From Candidatus Moraniibacteriota bacterium (GTDB lineage: Bacteria; Patescibacteriota; Minisyncoccia; Moranbacterales; UBA2206): a stretch of DNA of 44,213 nt. The stretch spans positions 97,974 to 142,186 of the forward strand of contig DMXN01000032.1 of assembly GCA_003482885.1 (NCBI GenBank), written 5' to 3'. Under the pieces are notes generated by a model that searched no databases, had not been told where the DNA came from, and saw only the letters and a list, made by a program, of their open reading frames with translations. Made by a program: the position numbers and the translations under genes. This document shows positions 23,957-29,968 of this stretch, one piece after another (position 1 is the first letter of the stretch; every line of letters begins with the position of its first letter).

Positions 23957-26062
23957 TTATTCCGGTTGTTTTGCCATTCGGGCGGAAAGATTAATTCTGC
24001 CTTGCGAATCAATTTCTTTCACTTTCACAGCAATAACATCGCCGATCTTCAAAACATCTTCCACTTTTTCAATTCGGCGATCGGCGATTTCGGAAATATG
24101 GATAAGCCCTTCTTGTCCCGGTAAAATTTCAGCGAAAGCGCCGAACGCCATAATACGGGTGATTTTGGCGTTAAATAGTTCTCCGGCTTTCACTTCATGA
24201 GTGAGATTATCAATCCATTGTTTGGCTTTTTCAGCGGAAGCTTCGTCGGGAGAAGTGATATAAATCATTCCGTCGTCTTCAATATCAATTTGCACGCCTG
24301 TTTGATCGATGATTTCATTGATAATTTTTCCGCCGGTGCCGATAACATTTCTAATTTTTTCCGGATTGATTCGCAGAATAATAATTCTTGGCGCGTATTG
24401 CGACATTTCTTTTCTCGGTTCAGAGATAGTCTCGGTTATTTTTTTCAAAATTTCTAAACGATTTTTATGCGATTGTGTCAAAACGGCGGAAAGCATTTCC
24501 AGCGATACGCCGTCCACTTTCACATCCATTTGCATAGCGGTAATACCTTTTTCCGTTCCGGCGACTTTAAAATCCATATCGCCATAATGATCTTCAAGAC
24601 CTTGAATGTCGGTGAGAATTTTGAAATTATTATCTTTTCCGACAATAATTCCCATTGCAATTCCACTCACCGGCCGCTTGATCGGCACGCCGGCGTCCAT
24701 TAAAGATAAAGTTGATCCGCAAGTGGAAGCCATAGAAGACGAGCCATTGGAAGAAAGAATTTCAGAAACTAAAAGCATTGTGTAGGGAAATTCTTCCTTG
24801 GAAGGAAGCACGGGAACGAGCGCTTTTTCAGCGAGAGCTCCGTGGCCGACTTCACGCCGTCCCGGTCCGCGCATCGGCCGTACTTCGCCGACGGAAAATG
24901 GCGGAAAATTATAAAGGTGGATATAGCGTTTTTTCATATCGACTTCCATTGTGTCGATAACTTGCTGATCGCCGGGCGAACCAAGCGTTGTGATTGTGAG
25001 CGCTTGCGTTTCTCCGCGAGTGAATAATCCTGTGCCGTGCGTTCTTGGCAAGATTCCCGTAAGACATTCAATATTTCTGATTTCATCCAGTTTTCGTCCA
25101 TCCGGCCGCAATTCTTTTTCTAAAATATTCTTGTGCACGATTTCATCGGAAACTTCTTCAAAAACAATTTCCGCCACTTCTTTCAGTTTTTCTATTTCTT
25201 CCGGGAAATTTGTTTTAATGTATTCTTTAACTTTATCTTGAATGGCGCTTAATTTATTTTCGATTATTTTTTTATCTTTGTCATAAAGCGCTTCAGCCAA
25301 ACCTTCGGAAAGCAAAATTTCTTTGATTTTCTCTTCAAATTCGGGCGTTCCGGCTACCAGCGCGGGAGCGCTTTTTTCTTTGCCGGCTTCTTTTTGGATT
25401 TCCAGAATAAAGCCGGTGATTTTCTTGATAGCTTCTTGCCCGAAGGCGAGAGCTTTTAATATTTCTTCCTCGGGGATTTCTTTGGCTGCGGTTTCAATCA
25501 TATTGATTTTATCGGAACTGCCGGAAACCAATAAATCCAATTCGCCTTCGGTTAATTCGCCGTTAACAGGGTTTAAAATAAATTCTTCTTTATTTTTTCC
25601 TACGCGCGCAGCGGCTACGGGGCCGTTCCATGGAATATTAGAAATGGAAAGCGCGGTGGAAGCGGCGATAATTGCCAGCGTATCCGGATCATTTTCTCCG
25701 TCGTAAGAAAGAACGGTAATAATCACTTGCACATCATTGCGCATTCGGTGATTAAAAAGCGGACGGACGGTTCGATCCACCGCTCGACCGGAAAGAACGG
25801 CGTCGTCTGATGGACGACCTTCTCGTTTGATAAATCGCGAGCCTTTGATTTTTCCGGCGGCATAATATCTTTCTTCGAAATCCACCATCAAGGGAAAATA
25901 TCCGCTGATGCGCGAAGCGCCTTTGCTCATAACGGCAGTCGCTAAAACTATCGTGTCGCCATAACGAACTGTGACGGCGCCGTTAGCCTGTCCGGCAAGC
26001 AAGCCGGTTTCAATTTCCAAGATTCGTCCTCCGATTTGGAGCGACCATTTTTTTTGTTCCAT
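23957..26062 (-). CDS. pnp: polyribonucleotide nucleotidyltransferase (PNPase)
   Basis: 701 aa. Two RNase PH domains, a KH domain (IRNVIGTGGKIINEI) and a C-terminal S1 domain (GELFNAKITRIMAFGAFAEILPGQEGLIHISEI). Confidence 0.95.
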   Translation of the reverse strand: MEQKKWSLQIGGRILEIETGLLAGQANGAVTVRYGDTIVLATAVMSKGASRISGYFPLMVDFEERYYAAGKIKGSRFIKREGRPSDDAVLSGRAVDRTVRPLFNHRMRNDVQVIITVLSYDGENDPDTLAIIAASTALSISNIPWNGPVAAARVGKNKEEFILNPVNGELTEGELDLLVSGSSDKINMIETAAKEIPEEEILKALAFGQEAIKKITGFILEIQKEAGKEKSAPALVAGTPEFEEKIKEILLSEGLAEALYDKDKKIIENKLSAIQDKVKEYIKTNFPEEIEKLKEVAEIVFEEVSDEIVHKNILEKELRPDGRKLDEIRNIECLTGILPRTHGTGLFTRGETQALTITTLGSPGDQQVIDTMEVDMKKRYIHLYNFPPFSVGEVRPMRGPGRREVGHGALAEKALVPVLPSKEEFPYTMLLVSEILSSNGSSSMASTCGSTLSLMDAGVPIKRPVSGIAMGIIVGKDNNFKILTDIQGLEDHYGDMDFKVAGTEKGITAMQMDVKVDGVSLEMLSAVLTQSHKNRLEILKKITETISEPRKEMSQYAPRIIILRINPEKIRNVIGTGGKIINEIIDQTGVQIDIEDDGMIYITSPDEASAEKAKQWIDNLTHEVKAGELFNAKITRIMAFGAFAEILPGQEGLIHISEIADRRIEKVEDVLKIGDVIAVKVKEIDSQGRINLSARMAKQPE

Positions 26063-26268
26063 AAAAAAACGCGTAGCCTTAGGCTAACAGCGTTATAAAC
26101 ACGATAGTAAGTTTTTTCTTAAAAACTCATTATTGTGCCTGTTACGCACTAACCAAGGCTTAAATTAAAATTATTTAACGAACAATACAAGCGTAGCTTG
26201 TTTTTGGGGGTTTGTCAAAAAAAATCATGAAAATTCAGATTAATTTATTTGTGTCAAATTTCTTTTAT

Positions 26269-26877
26269 TGCAGGAACGGGTTTATAACCCGTTCCACATA
26301 GTTTAGGGGCAATAAATGTCATCAACCGTAATTTCACATTGCGGATTGGCGCTAGACCAGCACCAGTATTCCGGTGTGATTACATAATTTTTCTTTACGG
26401 GATTATTATGAATATAGATTGCTTTTTGAAAATAGAATTCTTCGGTTTCTATTATTTTAGGCATATTGGTTTTTTCCCAAAATTCATATTTTCCATCGGC
26501 ATCTAAAAATAATTTTAGCACATTTGGTTCTGTATTCTCAATATTTTTGCGAAATTCTTTGGAAGTGAATTTCTTGAAATCGCAGACAAAGCCGGAAACA
26601 TCGGGAGAACCGATTATTAAATGAATGTGATTCAGCATAAAAACAAAAGCGTAGATTTTCAGTTGTTTTTCTCTTTGGCAATATTTCAGCGAGTTAGCCA
26701 AAATATTCCAGCGGTATTGGCGATCAAAAAAATAATAGAGATGCTTGACGCTGAAAGTGAGAAAATAGACACCTGAATTAAATTCTTTATGTATTTTTAC
26801 CGAGGGCATTGTGAAAGCTTTGAGAAATTAAAAAGTTATTAAACCATATGGAACGGGTTGTAAACCCGTTCCTGCGG
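26269..26877 (-). mobile_element. RAYT-type (REP-associated tyrosine transposase) unit: Y1 transposase gene bracketed by inverted hairpin repeats
   Basis: Left: tgcaGGAACGGGtttataaCCCGTTCCacata (hairpin 26273-26295). Right: catatGGAACGGGttgtaaaCCCGTTCCtgcgg (hairpin 26850-26872). The right copy is the reverse complement of the left over about 30 nt with 2-3 mismatches, the layout described for REP/RAYT units. Confidence 0.6.
26303..26809 (-). CDS. IS200/IS605-like Y1 (HUH) transposase, RAYT subgroup
   Basis: 168 aa. HUH motif MLNHIHLIIG and catalytic-Tyr region AIYIHNNPVKKNYV. The size and lack of a tnpB partner fit a RAYT. Confidence 0.8.
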   Translation of the reverse strand: MPSVKIHKEFNSGVYFLTFSVKHLYYFFDRQYRWNILANSLKYCQREKQLKIYAFVFMLNHIHLIIGSPDVSGFVCDFKKFTSKEFRKNIENTEPNVLKLFLDADGKYEFWEKTNMPKIIETEEFYFQKAIYIHNNPVKKNYVITPEYWCWSSANPQCEITVDDIYCP

Positions 26878-26954
26878 AGAGTAAGCATTATATCAAAAAA
26901 CTTCTTTTTATTCTCGCTGAGGCTTGATGAAGCTATCGAGTGTTTATACAAAAC

Positions 26955-27269
26955 TTAAGCGATTTTTATGCCGGTTTTTTTGATTTCATGCGCCATTGGA
27001 TTCCAATAATCGTTGAAGTCTTCCATGGTAAAACTATGCGGTTCAATTCTATTGTCTATGTCTTCTCTAGCTCTCCATAATTTCAAAATATTGGCATCGC
27101 GATTTTTTTTAATTTTTTCAGTAATAATCGCAACATCAATGTCGCTCCATTTTGTAGGTTTTCCGTGAGCATAGGAGCCAAATAAATAAATAGCAGAAAA
27201 GGGAATTTTTTGCGCTCTTAATTTTTTGGCATATTTTGCAACTATTTTTTTTGCTTCAATTCTAGACAT
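26955..27269 (-). CDS. minimal nucleotidyltransferase (MNT) domain protein, partner of the HEPN protein
   Basis: 104 aa. IYLFGSYAHGKPTKWSDIDVAII is the GSxxxG...DxD polymerase-beta-type NTase motif. It overlaps the HEPN gene by 28 nt. Confidence 0.75.
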   Translation of the reverse strand: MSRIEAKKIVAKYAKKLRAQKIPFSAIYLFGSYAHGKPTKWSDIDVAIITEKIKKNRDANILKLWRAREDIDNRIEPHSFTMEDFNDYWNPMAHEIKKTGIKIA

Positions 27270-27649
27270 AATTTTTTATAAACACTAATCGTTTTATCAA
27301 TATGATTTTTGGCGTATTCTTTTGTAATTTGTTTGTACAAACTCAATTTATAATCGGGATAACGAGCGCGAATATTAAATTCATTGGTTGTATAAAGAAA
27401 GTCTTTTTCTTCTTTTGAAATTTCCAGTTTTGCTATTTCTTGCAAACGGACAAGATCATGAATTCTTGGTGCTTGATCTTTTGTGTGCTTAACGACATGC
27501 GCTTTTAATATTTTTTCCAAAACAATATGGGCGAAAAAAAGAGAATCAGAATATCTTTTCGATTTAAAAAGTGCGTTCATTGTTACGAAATCATGCTCGG
27601 CCGTAGCCATCCAATAGTGAATAAGTTTATTTATGCTAATTTCTTTCAT
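27242..27649 (-). CDS. HEPN domain protein (toxin-type partner of MNT)
   Basis: 135 aa. AEHDFVTMNALFKSKRYSDSLFFAHIVLEKILKAHVV...RIHDLVRLQE...NIRARYPDY follows the HEPN pattern (A..D...A.......F...Q..EK.LKA......HDL..L.....RY). Confidence 0.7.
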   Translation of the reverse strand: MKEISINKLIHYWMATAEHDFVTMNALFKSKRYSDSLFFAHIVLEKILKAHVVKHTKDQAPRIHDLVRLQEIAKLEISKEEKDFLYTTNEFNIRARYPDYKLSLYKQITKEYAKNHIDKTISVYKKLCLELKQKK

Positions 27650-27656
27650 GTGTATT

Positions 27657-28154
27657 CTATATCAAAAACTTTTTCTTATTTTCGCTAAGATTGATGAAAT
27701 CGTCGAGTTCTTCTATCAGTTTATTGCTAGTGGATTCGGAAAAAGCGGCGCCTTCTACTCGGCAACCCGTAGTTGATTGAATGTATTTTACCAGTGGAAT
27801 ATAGTCGCCGTCGCCGGAAACTAAAACAATAGCATCCAAACTTTTAGACATTTTGATAGCATCCACGGCGATGCCGACATCCCAGTCGCCTTTTTTGGCT
27901 CCGCCGGGAAATATTTGCAAGTCTTTGGTTTTCACCTCGTAGCCGACTTTTTCCAGCGCGTCGAAAAATTTTTCTTCCTGTCCTTCTAAAGTTTTGATTC
28001 CATAAGCGATGGCGCGAATCAGTTTTCGGTCGTCGACCGCGGCTTTCAAAACCTGATCAAAATTAACTTTTTTTTGGTGCAAAACTTTGGCGGAATAATA
28101 CAAATTTTGAATATCCACCAAAACCCCAATTCGTTGTTCGCTAAAAATTGACAT
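27657..28154 (-). CDS. NYN-domain (LabA-like) predicted RNase
   Basis: 165 aa. RIGVLVDIQNLYYS (first acidic motif) and VLVSGDGDYIPLV (GDxD motif) are typical of the LabA/NYN family. Confidence 0.75.
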   Translation of the reverse strand: MSIFSEQRIGVLVDIQNLYYSAKVLHQKKVNFDQVLKAAVDDRKLIRAIAYGIKTLEGQEEKFFDALEKVGYEVKTKDLQIFPGGAKKGDWDVGIAVDAIKMSKSLDAIVLVSGDGDYIPLVKYIQSTTGCRVEGAAFSESTSNKLIEELDDFINLSENKKKFLI

Positions 28155-28158
28155 AAAA

Positions 28159-28428
28159 TTATCCTTTTAATTCAAGTTTTTTAATTAAAACTTTATAACT
28201 TTTTTCGTTAGTTTTTTTTAAATAATCGAGAAGCCGTTTTCTTTTGGAAACCATCTTGAGCAGTCCGCGACGGGAATGAAAATCCTTGGCGTTTTTCTTG
28301 AGATGGGTGGTTAATTTTTTGATTGTTTCGGTAAAAAGAGCGACTTGATATTCCGGCGATCCGGTATCTTTGTCATGTCTTTTGACTTCTTTTGTCACTT
28401 TTTCCTTTTGTTTGTTGCTAAGAGCCAT
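28159..28428 (-). CDS. rpsO: 30S ribosomal protein S15
   Basis: 89 aa. DTGSPEYQVALFTETIKKLTTHLKKNAKDFHSRRGLLKMVSKRKRLLDYLKK is the canonical S15 core. Confidence 0.95.
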   Translation of the reverse strand: MALSNKQKEKVTKEVKRHDKDTGSPEYQVALFTETIKKLTTHLKKNAKDFHSRRGLLKMVSKRKRLLDYLKKTNEKSYKVLIKKLELKG

Positions 28429-28550
28429 AAAACGATTGAGGCAAAACAGAAGTTGCGTTTTTATCCGTCAACTGCAGCTTGCTAATGATGAATAATTATA
28501 CTTAAAGACTATATTAAAATTGTGGTTTTGGCAAATTTTTTTTGGAAAAT

Positions 28551-28584
28551 AAAAAAGGACGAACTCGATTGAGTCTGTCCTTTT
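28551..28584. terminator. bidirectional intrinsic-terminator-like hairpin
   Basis: aaaaaa-GGACGAACTC-gatt-GAGTCTGTCC-tttt. On the minus strand the stem is followed by ttttttatttt. It would end a minus-strand transcript coming from about 29067, just upstream of the rpsO promoter region. Confidence 0.5.
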
Positions 28585-28618
28585 AGTTTGGTTTCCTGAA
28601 ACATTTGCCAAGCTCTGC

Positions 28619-28650
28619 TTGGCAGACCATCAATTTGGCAGACCATCAAT
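28619..28650. repeat. perfect 16-nt tandem duplication (ttggcagaccatcaat x2)
   Basis: Units at 28619-28634 and 28635-28650, inside the candidate ncRNA. The second unit pairs with the downstream gatggtc. Confidence 0.85.
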
Positions 28651-28997
28651 AGGGATGGTCAATATGCTCATTTTCTAGCCGAGACAGCCGATCCGGGATT
28701 CACGCGTTTACCAACGGATTCGCGACCAAGTTTTTTAAGGAATTTGGCGAAAACCTTTTTTCCTACTTATGCTCACGCATGAGTAGTTTTGTCGGGACAG
28801 TATCTTTTTCGAATACCGCCCCGACATAAGATGTGTGAGAATATTCCTTTGAACAGAATATTCTTACAGTGTAGGTGTAAAGTTGCCTCCCCCTCACTCT
28901 TCGGGAAGGCTCTATCTCTGTGACATGCGCAGACGGATCTGCGCCGCACAGGTGACACTCCCCTATCTGACAACAACAGGGGAACTCGCTTATCTTT

Positions 28998-29226
28998 CCA
29001 TCCTCATAACGCGAATACCGTTAGGCTAACTTTGGCTTAATACAGGCGTAATTAGCATCTCTGTTTCATCTAAAATTATGTAAAAACTAGTTTATTTTTC
29101 AAAAACACCCCTATATGAAGCCAATATTAAACAAATCGAGGTTTAAAACAATTAATTAATGTATCAGATTTTGGCTTATATAAAGCATATCCAGCCTAAC
29201 GGTATTCGCGTTCATAAACAGGATGG
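28998..29226. repeat. long-range inverted repeat (20-bp perfect core + 7-bp extension) flanking a 165-nt AT-rich segment
   Basis: aacgcgaataccgttaggct (29008-29027) is the exact reverse complement of agcctaacggtattcgcgtt (29193-29212). ccatcct (28998-29004) pairs with aggatgg (29220-29226). A third, partial copy, aacggattcgcg, at 28713-28724 can also pair with the 29008-29020 arm. Confidence 0.85.
29075..29102 (-). promoter_or_regulatory. sigma70-like promoter facing the candidate ncRNA
   Basis: The minus strand reads TTGAAA-(16 nt: aataaactagttttta)-CATAAT, located inside the IR-flanked AT-rich segment. The predicted start is near 29067. Confidence 0.35.
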
Positions 29227-29239
29227 AAATCATAGGTTT

Positions 29240-29425
29240 TCATATTTTCCTCCTTTTTTTGCCCTTACCTTTCGGCTCGGGCGAGTTGTCATCCTTTGCT
29301 TTGACAGCTGCAATTGTCAAAGCGAGGAGGATGGTTATGAATAATACAACCATGACGAGTGTCATGGGTTCTTTTATTGGGTTTGCCAGGAAGTCCTGCA
29401 AAGCCCTTAACTCAAGATAGGTCAT
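29240..29425 (-). CDS. 61-aa single-pass membrane mini-protein with basic C-terminus
   Basis: MTYLELRALQDFLANPIKEPMTLVMVVLFITILLALTIAAVKAKDDNSPEPKGKGKKRRKI. A perfect Shine-Dalgarno GAGAGGAGG lies 5 nt before the ATG, which is rare in this window. Its GC-richer codon usage differs from its neighbours. The stop lies 13 nt before the right arm of the 20-bp inverted repeat. Confidence 0.45.
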   Translation of the reverse strand: MTYLELRALQDFLANPIKEPMTLVMVVLFITILLALTIAAVKAKDDNSPEPKGKGKKRRKI

Positions 29426-29631
29426 TCTTACCTCCTCTCATCTCCGCAATTCAAAATTCAAATCCTCACCCCGTCGAAACAGGATTGTTTTCTTTTTAAG
29501 CGCCGGTATATTTGCGCGCCGGAAAACAATATGATGAGTTTTGATTTTGAATCGCTTCGGCGATTTTTGTTGGAGTTTAATCTTTCACCGCAAGAGAGAC
29601 CGCCTCTCTTTTTCGGCAATATTTTTTTCAC

Positions 29632-29686
29632 TTCGCCATTTGAAAACACAAAACAAATAAATTTGCTTATGGCTTCAAATGGCGAA
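29632..29686. repeat. 13-bp perfect inverted repeat (ttcgccatttgaa / ttcaaatggcgaa) with a 29-nt loop
   Basis: Arms at 29632-29644 and 29674-29686, in the ORF-poor region upstream of pcrA. Confidence 0.8.
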
Positions 29687-29953
29687 ATGAAAGCTTAAGT
29701 TGTCAAAGTTCTGAAATTTATATTACCGTTTGTTATGATATTTTTTAGGTTTCATCATAACACTGCACGATAGCATTTTTTAGAAAACTTGTCAAACGAA
29801 ATTTTGTAAAATGCTTTAATAAAGCCGTTTTTGGACTTTAAGATTTTGTGGAATTGTTGAAAATGCCCTGCATAAGCCAAATTGTTGAAAAATCAATATG
29901 GCGGATAAAAATAAAAAAAGTTTAAATTTATTTATCCTGAAACTTTTCTTTTA

Positions 29954-29962
29954 TGCTACAAT
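29954..29962 (+). promoter_or_regulatory. extended -10 (TGCTACAAT) 6 nt upstream of the pcrA ATG
   Basis: ttaTGCTACAATgattctATG. No SD is present. The geometry fits a leaderless mRNA. Confidence 0.4.
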
Positions 29963-29968
29963 GATTCT

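Larger units (their letters stand above)
28550..29067 (-). ncRNA. candidate ~0.5-kb structured non-coding RNA of unknown class
   Basis: No credible ORF. The region is visibly GC-richer than its surroundings. Hairpins are densely packed, e.g. gcgcaga-cgga-tctgcgc nested in ctgtg/cacag (28917-28951), tcccct/agggga (28969-28984), gtcggg..cccgac (28791-28824), gaccatc/gatggtc (28641-28660) and tgccaag/cttggca (28606-28624). A sigma70-like promoter lies at its 5' end and a hairpin plus U-tract at its 3' end. The strand assignment rests on that promoter and terminator only. Confidence 0.4.

Noticed and set aside
28773-28976. 67-aa minus-strand ORF inside the GC-rich region
   Set aside because: It is Arg/Cys/His-rich nonsense that coincides exactly with nested hairpins, and it has no SD or start context. 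The region is better explained as structured RNA.
28550-29067. Possibility that the structured region is tmRNA, RNase P RNA, SRP RNA or a group II intron fragment
   Set aside because: Both strands were searched by eye. No tRNA-like acceptor/T-arm with a GGGG…CCACCA frame and no tag ORF ending in ALAA-type codons was found. No GGAAAGUCC / ACAGAA…GGCUUA P4 pair or GGUAAGAGC was found. No GGAAGCAGCC-type SRP domain IV was found, and no domain V-like GAGCCGUAU…ACGGUUC. This cannot exclude divergent versions; a covariance-model scan is needed.
29458-29649. 63-aa minus-strand ORF between the mini-ORF and pcrA
   Set aside because: It is basic low-complexity sequence spanning several inverted repeats (attcaaaattcaaa / tttgattttgaat; agagag/ctctct). 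It has no SD, unlike the neighbouring 61-aa ORF.
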